The notes beneath the pieces are model-generated. The model made no database searches. It saw only the letters and a list, made by a program, of their open reading frames with translations, and was not told where the DNA came from. The position numbers were made by a program, and so were the translations under genes. From Pseudomonadota bacterium (GTDB lineage Bacteria; Bdellovibrionota_F; JAHFAK01; JBDREC01), in contig JBDREC010000031.1 of assembly GCA_043820105.1 (NCBI GenBank), positions 1 through 50,912 of the forward strand: a DNA stretch of 50,912 bases, written 5' to 3'. The number at the start of each line of letters is the position of its first letter. Position 1 is the first letter of the stretch. Positions 1 through 9,058 of the stretch are shown piece after piece.

Positions 1-180
1 CTTGATCAAAACCTCTAAAAGCTTAACCATAGCCAAAGTCTCCAGTCCACAGTATATAAGCAGATCCTTAAATATTTTTTCTTTTTCTTTATTGGTCAGA
101 TTATTTTTAATAGTCCTTAAATAATCGAGCATAGCTTTACCGCCCTCTCCAATATCAAGGTCAGCATAAGACAGCTCTGC
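1..180 (-). pseudogene. C-terminal remnant of a DUF2779-like (RNase H-fold) protein, 5'-truncated; runs off the window edge
   Basis: Minus frame reads AELSYADLDIGEGGKAM...KDLLIYCGLETLAMVKLLEVLIK, resembling the LSYxDLxI...LLxYCxLDTLAMV end of DUF2779 proteins (from recall). The upstream in-frame sequence is non-homologous AT-rich DNA with stops around 247-276. Confidence 0.55.
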
Positions 181-304
181 TGTTTTTGAAAACAAGAAAC
201 TAAGAATTAATGTTATATTATATGATACATTTATTAATTGACAATTTTATCATATAACACTTAATATTTACCATTATAAGACTATTTTATCCCTGGGAAT
301 AAGT

Positions 305-1732
305 ATGAATTTTGTAGGTAGAAATTATGAATTTAATCTTTTAAGGCAGGAGCATGGTAAAAAAAGAGCTAGCTTAATCGCTCTTTATGGAAGAAGACGG
401 GTTGGGAAAACACGTTTAATTGAAGAATTTCATAAAAAAGCCACCCTTTGGAAATTTGAAGGACTTGAAAAACAAGCGAAATCAAAGCAGATCCGACATT
501 TTCTAGCAACTTTAAGCCAGCATAGTAAAAATCCATTATACGAAACAGCGAACTGTAAAAATTGGATTGACGTGTTTAAACTTTTAAATGCTGCGATCCT
601 TGAAAATAACAAAACCAATAAAAATATTATTTTGTTTTTTGATGAATTGCCCTATATGGCGAACAAAAGAACAGAGATTATTTCGGACTTCAAATGGGCA
701 TGGGATAACCTATGGTCAAAAAAACCAAATATTAATTTTATTCTTTGCGGATCAATTGCTTCATTCATGGTTGACTCTGTGATAAATTCTTCAGCATTAT
801 ATGGCAGAATAACCCTTGAAATATGCTTAAAACCACTATCACTAAAAGATTGTTATAATTTTTTCAACAGAAAAAAATCTTTCCGGGAAATAATAAATCT
901 TTATATGGCCATCGGCGGAATTCCTGCCTACCTTTTACAATTTGATCACAATACTTCAATCGCAAATAATCTAAACAAATTAGCTTTTTGCAAAGATGGA
1001 TACTTTGTTAATGAATTTTCCAGAATTTTCAAGGATGTATTTTATGAAGATAAAATTTATAAAAAGATAATTGAGTTATTTTCCAAACATAAAAGCTTAA
1101 AAACACCAGAAATACTAAAGGCATTATCTATGTCAGATGGAAGTGGTTTTAATAGATACCTTGATAATTTAGAAAAAGCTGGATTTATTGATAGTTATGT
1201 CCCTTTCAATAGACCTCTAGACAGCAAACTAAAAAGATATCGATTGTGTGATGAATACACATATTTTTATTTCAGGTTCATTAAACCTAATTTAAAACAA
1301 ATTCAAAACAATACTAACAATAATATTTATTCTCAAATTATACTATCTGCTTCATATAAAGCATGGTCAGGATTAGCTTTTGAAAGACTTTGTATAAAAC
1401 ATGTTAATTCTATAATTAAAAAACTTAAAATTGATCAGCTAGTTAAAAACTTCGGTCCATACTATAATAGATCTACCAATACCAGAGATGGTGTGCAAAT
1501 TGATCTTCTATTGGAACGCCATGATCCTGTTATAACAATATGTGAAATGAAATTTGTAAGTCATAAAATTGGCAAATGGATCATTAATTCAATTGAGGAT
1601 AAAATAGCCCTTTTACCTGCTTCAAAAATGAGTATTGAAAAAGTGTTGATAACAACAGAGGGCATAACAAAAGACTTAAAAGATACAAACTACTTCTCAA
1701 AAGTTCTTTTGGAGGACTGTTTTTTTGATTAA
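305..1732 (+). CDS. AAA+ ATPase (archaeal ATPase_2 type) with wHTH and C-terminal PD-(D/E)xK nuclease-like domain (DUF234/DUF4143 class)
   Basis: N-terminal FVGR..E, Walker A GRRRVGKT, Walker B FFDE, LCGS, GGIPAYL, and C-terminal QIDLL...ICEMK. Confidence 0.85.
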   Translation: MNFVGRNYEFNLLRQEHGKKRASLIALYGRRRVGKTRLIEEFHKKATLWKFEGLEKQAKSKQIRHFLATLSQHSKNPLYETANCKNWIDVFKLLNAAILENNKTNKNIILFFDELPYMANKRTEIISDFKWAWDNLWSKKPNINFILCGSIASFMVDSVINSSALYGRITLEICLKPLSLKDCYNFFNRKKSFREIINLYMAIGGIPAYLLQFDHNTSIANNLNKLAFCKDGYFVNEFSRIFKDVFYEDKIYKKIIELFSKHKSLKTPEILKALSMSDGSGFNRYLDNLEKAGFIDSYVPFNRPLDSKLKRYRLCDEYTYFYFRFIKPNLKQIQNNTNNNIYSQIILSASYKAWSGLAFERLCIKHVNSIIKKLKIDQLVKNFGPYYNRSTNTRDGVQIDLLLERHDPVITICEMKFVSHKIGKWIINSIEDKIALLPASKMSIEKVLITTEGITKDLKDTNYFSKVLLEDCFFD

Positions 1733-1793
1733 ATCTACCCCTTGGAATATTATCATCAACTTTTGTTTAATTTAATAGGATCAAATTTCACTC

Positions 1794-2552
1794 TTAATGT
1801 TTTTGTTCTGTTTCCAGAACCTCAATCAAATCGTTCATAGTAATTATCAATTTATAAGCAAGTCCAGAAAGCTCTTGCAGATCCAATAAGCCAGATAATT
1901 CCTGTTCAACTCTTACGGCGGATATTTTTTTTGTTTCTAGTTTTAATTGATTAATAAATTCTGAAAGGCTCATTTGTTTTATTGTTTTTAACCTGGGTAT
2001 TCGTGAATTAACAGATTCAAGCCTTTTTTTTAAAACTTCTATGTTTGGTTTAATTTGTAATTTTTTAAATAAAAAATAGATATCATAAAGATCTCTTGCA
2101 AGTCTTCTTTCATTCCAGGCTGCGAGTTTGTGAGCAAGAGCATGGTCTAAAGACATTATTCTGATGATTTGTCCAAGTTGATTTGTTTTTTTTGCAATTG
2201 TTGATGTAGAAATAGCTTCGCTTTTGGCTTCCAGGGAAGTTGAGGCTTCAATTTGAATTTTGATCTTATCTATATTAATATTATATCTAAGAGATGTTGA
2301 ATGCATTTTCATTTCTATTTTTGCATTTGGAATTTCAGCAAGAATGTTTCCTAGCTTTTTAACAATATCTTTTTTGGACCTATAGGGCACAAAAAGATAA
2401 TCAACATCATTAGTGTATCTTGGAGAATCAAGTAAGTTTAAAACAAAACCACCCTTTAATATTGCATTATCTAAAAACTCTTCATTTATTCGATGTATTA
2501 ACCAAGTAAAAACTGTAAGCTGATCAAATTTTTCTGGGAATATACTTTTCAT
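1794..2552 (-). CDS. AbiEii/AbiGii-family nucleotidyltransferase toxin (type IV TA)
   Basis: ILKGG, RYTNDVD, LAHKL, RDLYD motifs; 4-nt overlap with the upstream antitoxin gene. Confidence 0.85.
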   Translation of the reverse strand: MKSIFPEKFDQLTVFTWLIHRINEEFLDNAILKGGFVLNLLDSPRYTNDVDYLFVPYRSKKDIVKKLGNILAEIPNAKIEMKMHSTSLRYNINIDKIKIQIEASTSLEAKSEAISTSTIAKKTNQLGQIIRIMSLDHALAHKLAAWNERRLARDLYDIYFLFKKLQIKPNIEVLKKRLESVNSRIPRLKTIKQMSLSEFINQLKLETKKISAVRVEQELSGLLDLQELSGLAYKLIITMNDLIEVLETEQKH

Positions 2553-3145
2553 GCTAATAATCCTTTTACAAAAGAAGTAAATTTATTGTTTTTATATTTT
2601 TTTAAATATAAAAATATTTTGCCCTTATCAAACAGTGAAAAATCTATATCTGAATAAATATCAAAATAATATTTTGTTCCCTTTTGATAATAATAGAGGG
2701 TATCAATCAATGCTTTTTCTTTGTCTGCTACATTAACTCCATCTAAGCAAGTAAAACCGAAAAACATATCTTTTGAGCTTCCAAGTTGAATAATTTGATA
2801 TTTATCATCAGAATAAATTCTTTTTCTCCCAAGTTTAACAGCCTGTAATTTGAATTTTGAGCACGTGCCAATTGCAAAATTTTCAGAAAGAACTGTTTCA
2901 AAGCTAATATAAGAACAAGGGTTTATTTTTTGACTTAAAATTTTTAAATCCGGTTCATTAACATAATACACTGATTGAGTGAATCTCTTTAATATTTGCA
3001 GTTTTTCTAAATTTCTTATTATTTCATAAAATTGTGCCTTGTTTTTTTGAGCCAAAATATTTTTCAAATCAGAAAGATAAAAAACATTGCCTAGTTCATT
3101 TGCATAAACCTGAAGACTTTCTACTATTTTTACATATTTCATCAT
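2549..3145 (-). CDS. AbiEi-family antitoxin / transcriptional regulator (type IV TA)
   Basis: N-terminal wHTH-like region, SYISFETVL and ADKEKALIDTLY motifs; directly upstream of AbiEii. Start placed at ATG 3145 (or 3142) because the ORF-track TTG at 3184 is the -35 box. Confidence 0.8.
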   Translation of the reverse strand: MMKYVKIVESLQVYANELGNVFYLSDLKNILAQKNKAQFYEIIRNLEKLQILKRFTQSVYYVNEPDLKILSQKINPCSYISFETVLSENFAIGTCSKFKLQAVKLGRKRIYSDDKYQIIQLGSSKDMFFGFTCLDGVNVADKEKALIDTLYYYQKGTKYYFDIYSDIDFSLFDKGKIFLYLKKYKNNKFTSFVKGLLA

Positions 3146-3155
3146 AATACCATTA

Positions 3156-3184
3156 AATATATACTTTTTCCAACTTAGTGTCAA
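3156..3184 (-). promoter_or_regulatory. sigma70-type promoter of the abiEi-abiEii operon
   Basis: TTGACA (3184-3179), 17-nt spacer, TATATT (3161-3156). Confidence 0.65.
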
Positions 3185-3297
3185 TATGATTTTTAATATA
3201 AAGAATTACTATAAAACAATCAAACTAAGACCACTTAAGATAATTATTAAAATCATAATTAATTTCAAAGCTCTATCATTATCCAGAAACATTAGTT

Positions 3298-3342
3298 TCA
3301 TTGCTCGAGATCCTAAAACAAGTTCAGGATTTCGAGCAATGA
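3298..3342. repeat. REP-like palindromic element (variant of GATCCTGAAACAAGTTCAGGAT)
   Basis: 17-bp stem tcattgctcgagatcct/aggatttcgagcaatga with 1 mismatch; core matches the copies at 12002 and 45789. Confidence 0.7.
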
Positions 3343-3525
3343 GTCTTGCAATTGACTCAATATATTAAATCATTTTCTATAAAATTTTATAAAAACAATT
3401 CATCAGATGTATAATTCACAGAAAAAAACTTGCTTTATCTATAAAATCAGATCATCTTTTTATTTGATAAAAATTCCTTTATAATTATAATAGAATCTGC
3501 TTAAAATTAAAGAAAGAAAAAATTT

Positions 3526-3587
3526 ATGACAGACAAAGTAAGGCTTTCATACATTTCATACAATGGTTAGAACAAAAAATGAAATAA
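3526..3587 (+). pseudogene. HEPN toxin remnant (start joined almost directly to the 3' end)
   Basis: ATG ACA GAC AAA GTA (MTDKV), then in another frame FIQWLEQKMK*. This parallels FIKWIKQKLS* at 3974-4006 and overlaps the MNT start codon in the same way. Confidence 0.55.
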
Positions 3588-4006
3588 AGAAAATTTGTGC
3601 AGATTATATAAATTTGGTAAATAAAGCTTTTTATATTAAACAAGCATATTTATTTGGATCTTATAATAATGGTAATCCTAATAAATATAGTGATCTTGAT
3701 GTTGGATTAGTTTCATCAGATTTTAAATATATACCAGCAGATATTGCATTAAAGATATTATTTCGTCTCGCCAGACATGTTGATTCTATCATTGAACCAG
3801 TTGCATTAACAGAAGAAGGAAATGTATTAAAACAGCTGTCTCCCGAGCAGGAACAGTTAATTATTAAATTAAACCCCTTTTATATCAAAGCCAGATATCC
3901 CGACTATAAGGAAAAAATATCCTTATCTGTTAATAAAAACTTCAATGAAAGCATAATAAAAGAAACCAGGGATTTTATAAAATGGATAAAACAAAAACTA
4001 AGCTAA
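3563..4006 (+). pseudogene. MNT nucleotidyltransferase fused in frame to the C-terminal half of a HEPN protein (deletion chimera)
   Basis: N-terminal LFGS...SDLDV MNT motif; after about aa 85 it switches to LSPEQ...LNPFYIKARYPD...WIKQKL, a typical HEPN C-terminus. Confidence 0.7.
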
Positions 4007-4305
4007 ATAAATTATTAAAAACGTTTTTAGAAATTGTGGACAAGTGTTTTTTTATTGAAAGCATTTATGTGTTCGGTTCTTATGCAAACAATAAACAAAA
4101 AACATACAGTGATATCGATTTAGCTTTGGTATCAAGAGATTTTCAGTTTACAGATACCGAAACAATAATGATAATTCTTGCAAGAATCGCCAGGTCTACA
4201 AATTCCAAAATCGAACCTGTCGTTTTTTCAAATGAAGAAATTAAAAAACCTGTCTTGGGAACTTTGGCCTGGGAGGTTGCCAATAAAGGCTTAAAATTAC
4301 GCTGA
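3982..4305 (+). CDS. minimal nucleotidyltransferase (MNT) antitoxin
   Basis: VFGSYA...SDIDLALVS..F, IEP, and EV..KG motifs; 107 aa; paralogous to the N-terminal part of 3563..4006. Confidence 0.85.
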   Translation: MDKTKTKLNKLLKTFLEIVDKCFFIESIYVFGSYANNKQKTYSDIDLALVSRDFQFTDTETIMIILARIARSTNSKIEPVVFSNEEIKKPVLGTLAWEVANKGLKLR

Positions 4306-4393
4306 TCAATATAAGGTTTGAAAGTTTGTCAATTATCAATCCTCTAAAACAGGCTTAATCATTGATCATTGGCAAAAGCGGCTTAACCTTTAA

Positions 4394-7300
4394 TCACAAA
4401 CTTACATGAACGTATGGCAACAACAACTCCCAAAGGCTGTTACCCCCATGTGAATATCTGTTTTTTAGTTGACCAGTATCAATAAATCCATGATCAGACA
4501 TAAGGGTAAAAGCTGGAATATTTTTTAAAATAGGAAGAATGCCTTCTGTAAACTCATTCTTAATGATTTTATAGAGCGGAAAAATATTTAATGAACTATT
4601 GTGAATTTTTGTATCAATGAAATTAAAATGTATTATTTTAATATCTTTATCGCTATTTAAAAAATTCATAAGTTTCCTTTTGCCAATATTTTTTTCAGCC
4701 CATTTAAGCATTTGATAGCTTTTTTCACCAATATAACCTTCTTCTTCTGAAATATTCAGAGTTTCACGGAACTTTAGTGTAGTTGATGGTTTTGAAATAC
4801 AATAAAGACTGTCTTTGACCTTCCAGCCATTTTTTAAAAACTCTTCTTTTAAATAATTATAGAGGTCATATCTTAAACAATCAAAAATAATCAGCACATC
4901 TTTAATTTCAATTTTAATTTCATCAATTTTTAAAATATCAGCAAATGGTTGTTTATGCTTTTGAAACCTGTTGAACAGATTGCTATAATTGTTCATAATA
5001 GATGGCAGAATATTTTCATCTATCAATGAATTATGACTCATCTCAAATTTTATCTTTTCCAAGAGAATTGTTACTGGAGCAATAATGTCAATAAAGATTT
5101 CTTTTGGTTTCTTTGATATATAATTATCCTGCATTAAAGTTTGAAGCTTTAATAAATCCTTTAAAAAATCGTCAGAAGTTTTTGCCAATATTTCATCTGA
5201 AATTATTTTGCCCTTTAATCTGTAATAAATTTCCTCCCTTATTTTGCTCTTTAAAAATTTTATCTTTTCTGAATTTAGCAGCCAAAATAGTTTATCAAGT
5301 TCATAAACAGACAAATTCAAATCGCTCATTATCTCCAGTTTTTCGTTTGCACTCAAGTCGTTCCCGATTTTATTCAAATTTTCATCGCCTGACAAGCTGT
5401 CATCAAATTCGAGGTTTTGCGTCTCCAGCTTATAGGCAAGCGCTTCCCCTTTTCTTCCGTAGCGCTTAAAACTTTCGAGCAACAACTGCTTTCTCTTGTT
5501 ATCATTATTCCTGAACCAGATAATTGCATCTTCATTTTCACCTATCCAATTAAAAAAATGTTTTTTGATTTCATTATACTTAAATCGCTTACCCTCAATT
5601 AAATTTAGGAAATCTGCTGTTTTTAATTCAACAAGCTTGAATTTTCCTTTAAGAATATTTTCGATTTCTATTAAAACATTTTCGGTAAGCAACTCGTACA
5701 ACAAAGCAATACTAACACTATCAGGACTAATGGAAATTAAGGAGTTTATGTTTTCAACAATAGTCCTTTTATCAGAAGTTGTCATATGAGTGACATATGA
5801 TTCCAATCTTTCTTTAGTTGATGGTACCTGCAAAGATTTTATAAAATTAGTCACTCCCAGATTAAGCAGCTCGTTAAAATCCAAAGCATTTCGAGAAATT
5901 TGATCCCCGATTTTAAAACCACAGGAACATTTGGGGCTTAAAAAAAGCTGATAAGCCAGATTTTCATTGCAGGCTACAGGAAGCTTGGAGAGCATACTTT
6001 CTATTTCGAACCAGTCATATTTAAAGGTTACAGAGGGAACATGCCTGCTTATGCTATTCAACATCTGAGATAACTCACAGGATTTAATGTTTTTCTTTAG
6101 GCCAAATATTGAGTTGTTATAATATGTTTTATGGTTTTCGATATAATAATCTTTGTATTTTTCGTAAAAATCCTCCCACATATCTCTGATTTCATTAAAT
6201 TTCTCTGTAGGTAAAAACAAGTATTCTTCAATCCTTAAGACCAGTAAGTCCAGCTCATTTTTAAGATCATCCGGTATTATTAATGTAAGATCTTTCAAAT
6301 ATAAATAATATTTGTTGATCATTTGAAAGTGCTCTGAAAACAAGCTATACAGGCTATCAAGATAGGCAAGGTTTTCGCTAAAATTATGATTTTCCTTAAA
6401 ATATGAAAGCACAATTTCCAGGCCCTCATTGGGTGATATCCTGCTGGAAAAAGAATTAAAGAACATAGATAATTTATTTAAAAGAGGCATATTTATATTT
6501 AAATATTTAAAAATAGAATAGCCCTCATACCTTTTTGCATAAACAGACAGCTCTTTAAGCATAGTTTTATATTTTTTTTGAGTAACATTAAAATCCCGGA
6601 ACATATTTTTTTTAGTTGCGTCAGTCGGATGTGCTTCAACCTCTCCCCAAATAAAATTCCCGACATTAATATACGCTAAAAGCTGTGACGGTAGTTTTTT
6701 TCCAATCTTAAATTGAGTAATACTGCCGGAGCTCAAGATATCATAATTATCCAGTTCTACAACTTCATCCTTGTTATATGGAACAAGGTATCCAGAGACA
6801 ATCAAAGCGCTCAAAAGCAAATATATCTGACTGACATTAAGTCCCCAGCTTCCCTTTCTTAGAGAAAGAATTAGTTCGTCAAAATTCAAATCCCTGCCGG
6901 CTGAAGCCATTTTCAAAATATAGGATATAATTTCATTCTCAGGATCACAGGCGACAAAATATTGGCCCCCTTTTATATTAATCAGATCCAGAGGCTCCAG
7001 TAAACCTTTGATATATGGGGTAAGGGATCTTTTATCAGCCTCAGCGAAAGTGATTTTTCCTTTTTTAATTACTTCTGAATAAAGATAATTCAAATGCCTT
7101 CCTGAATAGTATTCAATCCTTGGCATTATAGTGTGGTGCTTGTTGTGAATATTGGAAAGAGGCTTATCAAAAATATGAAACAACATTTTTTCCAGCGGAA
7201 TATAGCCAATTTGTTCCAGGTTTTCAATTTTGGATAAGGAACAAGATTTAATTGTGCCATCATAATAAATATTTTTTACAATTTCTTTAAATTCAATTTC

Positions 7301-9058
7301 TTCTTTTTTTATTTCTTCTTTAAGATTTGGATGCTCCAGGGATACAACCTTTTTTGAAAAGAACTCTTTTAAAAAGTCCAGTTCATATGTTGAAAGTTTT
7401 CTTGGAATCCAAAAAAGCAATAAGTCTTTAAAACAGGAGGTATAAGTTTCATTTATTGTATCAATAAATTTCTCGTCCACAGAAAATGGAGACATTATAA
7501 GTAGATAGCCGTCAATTCTGGTTTCCAGACCGTTTAATAACCTTTTGAACAGATCCTGATTCAACTGATTGGAATAAGTAGCTGCCACAACACCTTCTCT
7601 TTGGCTATTTTGCCAGGTAAAATAATATTTTTTACCTTCAATAATATCTTTCAGCGGCAGATAGCTAAGATCTGTATTTTTGCAGATATTATTAAAAAGA
7701 ATATTTTCATCTTGAAACTTATCCCTGTATTCTTTTATTTTTATTCTGGCCTTGACTCCTTCATCTAATCCTGGATCAACAAAATATCGTTTTTCCTCCA
7801 AAGAGATGTACATTTTTTGAGAGATGAGTTTATCAAGCACCCCCTCTTTAATATATTCATAATTAATATTATCAGATAATCTGCTGATTCTTTTTAAAAG
7901 CATTTCAGCAATTTCGCCAGCGTTCTTCCTTTTTTCAAATGGAGATATTTCAGTTAAAATCATAATTCTGATTATATCCAGGGCCAAATCCTGTGCTTTT
8001 TTATCTTCAAAGATCTCAGTTATATGACTTTTGTAATAATCATAGGCAATTCTTGCAAAAGAAGAGTATTCAGGGATTTCCCGAATTCTATCTTCAAAAT
8101 GATCAAAAATAGCTTCCGGGGTTATTAAAGTATCTGCTGGTTTCCCCATAATCTTATTTGCCTGCTCGGTCACAAAATGTATAATTCCCCTGTGTTGAGA
8201 AAAAACCGGAGTCAGACCAGATAAAAAGCCTACAGTAAACGGATGCAGGGGATAGGTTTTTTTAAATTCAGAATACTCAAATTTAAAATTCGGGTAATAA
8301 TCCATAAGCTCATTATAAACGGCCCTAATAACATTTTCTGATCCGCTTTTTTTTATTACTATCCTTTTATCAATAATATCTTCAATATGTGAAGTTGAAA
8401 GGGAAATCCTGAGGGGGTATCTGTCTTTAATCCTGTTAAACATGCCTGATGATAAATAGCCTGTTTCTTCGATGGATTCCTGCAAAGATGCAATTACCCA
8501 CAATTTCTTACTGAAAGAGTATTCACCTAAAAATTGTAAAAATCTGATATCCTCATTAAAGGAGGCTGAACTTGCTTTTGATTTCAAGAACTCTGACAAT
8601 TCATCAATCAGAATAATAGTCGGCTCTTTAATCAACAAGCTGTAAATATCATCTCTGTTTTCTACTTCACCCTGATAGGCAAAATTTTCCAGCACAATCT
8701 TTTCCAAATTCATTTTTGCAGGGTAATTGACCAATGAAATCTTTTTAATATTATATATTTCCTGCTGAATCGTGGAATATTTTTTTAAAATAGTATGATT
8801 GAATTTTTGCTGATTTTTCAATAATAAATAAAGATATGAAAGAAAATGAGATTTACCACTTCCGTAGTTACCTTTTAAAAAAACGCCACAGCCTTCTGCC
8901 TTATTTATTTTTTTTAATATAAGGTGCAGGTTGTTATTAATTTCCTCAGTGAATACAAAGGAGGACGTAAGGTCCTCAGGTATTTTTTCCGTATCAGAAA
9001 GTTCTATTACTAGCTTGACAGGAGCTAAATCAATTACATCTTTTATTGTTTTTCCCAT
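4394..9058 (-). CDS. BrxC/PglY (DUF6079)-like P-loop ATPase fused to a C-terminal PglZ-like alkaline-phosphatase-fold domain
   Basis: Walker A GNYGSGKSH, Walker B IILIDELSEFL, YPLHP, Zn motif C..(x)..SPKCSCGF. The C-terminus has IFDCLRYD, PSTT, IDTKIH, SDHGF and YSHGGNSLWE, the PglZ metal-site pattern. Confidence 0.75.
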   Translation of the reverse strand: MGKTIKDVIDLAPVKLVIELSDTEKIPEDLTSSFVFTEEINNNLHLILKKINKAEGCGVFLKGNYGSGKSHFLSYLYLLLKNQQKFNHTILKKYSTIQQEIYNIKKISLVNYPAKMNLEKIVLENFAYQGEVENRDDIYSLLIKEPTIILIDELSEFLKSKASSASFNEDIRFLQFLGEYSFSKKLWVIASLQESIEETGYLSSGMFNRIKDRYPLRISLSTSHIEDIIDKRIVIKKSGSENVIRAVYNELMDYYPNFKFEYSEFKKTYPLHPFTVGFLSGLTPVFSQHRGIIHFVTEQANKIMGKPADTLITPEAIFDHFEDRIREIPEYSSFARIAYDYYKSHITEIFEDKKAQDLALDIIRIMILTEISPFEKRKNAGEIAEMLLKRISRLSDNINYEYIKEGVLDKLISQKMYISLEEKRYFVDPGLDEGVKARIKIKEYRDKFQDENILFNNICKNTDLSYLPLKDIIEGKKYYFTWQNSQREGVVAATYSNQLNQDLFKRLLNGLETRIDGYLLIMSPFSVDEKFIDTINETYTSCFKDLLLFWIPRKLSTYELDFLKEFFSKKVVSLEHPNLKEEIKKEEIEFKEIVKNIYYDGTIKSCSLSKIENLEQIGYIPLEKMLFHIFDKPLSNIHNKHHTIMPRIEYYSGRHLNYLYSEVIKKGKITFAEADKRSLTPYIKGLLEPLDLINIKGGQYFVACDPENEIISYILKMASAGRDLNFDELILSLRKGSWGLNVSQIYLLLSALIVSGYLVPYNKDEVVELDNYDILSSGSITQFKIGKKLPSQLLAYINVGNFIWGEVEAHPTDATKKNMFRDFNVTQKKYKTMLKELSVYAKRYEGYSIFKYLNINMPLLNKLSMFFNSFSSRISPNEGLEIVLSYFKENHNFSENLAYLDSLYSLFSEHFQMINKYYLYLKDLTLIIPDDLKNELDLLVLRIEEYLFLPTEKFNEIRDMWEDFYEKYKDYYIENHKTYYNNSIFGLKKNIKSCELSQMLNSISRHVPSVTFKYDWFEIESMLSKLPVACNENLAYQLFLSPKCSCGFKIGDQISRNALDFNELLNLGVTNFIKSLQVPSTKERLESYVTHMTTSDKRTIVENINSLISISPDSVSIALLYELLTENVLIEIENILKGKFKLVELKTADFLNLIEGKRFKYNEIKKHFFNWIGENEDAIIWFRNNDNKRKQLLLESFKRYGRKGEALAYKLETQNLEFDDSLSGDENLNKIGNDLSANEKLEIMSDLNLSVYELDKLFWLLNSEKIKFLKSKIREEIYYRLKGKIISDEILAKTSDDFLKDLLKLQTLMQDNYISKKPKEIFIDIIAPVTILLEKIKFEMSHNSLIDENILPSIMNNYSNLFNRFQKHKQPFADILKIDEIKIEIKDVLIIFDCLRYDLYNYLKEEFLKNGWKVKDSLYCISKPSTTLKFRETLNISEEEGYIGEKSYQMLKWAEKNIGKRKLMNFLNSDKDIKIIHFNFIDTKIHNSSLNIFPLYKIIKNEFTEGILPILKNIPAFTLMSDHGFIDTGQLKNRYSHGGNSLWELLLPYVHVSL

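Noticed and set aside
3146-3184. N-terminal extension of AbiEi from TTG 3184
   Set aside because: That TTG is the -35 box; ATG 3145/3142 fits better.
3186-3368. 60-aa ORF
   Set aside because: Low-complexity AT-rich frame running through a REP-like hairpin; no recognisable motif.
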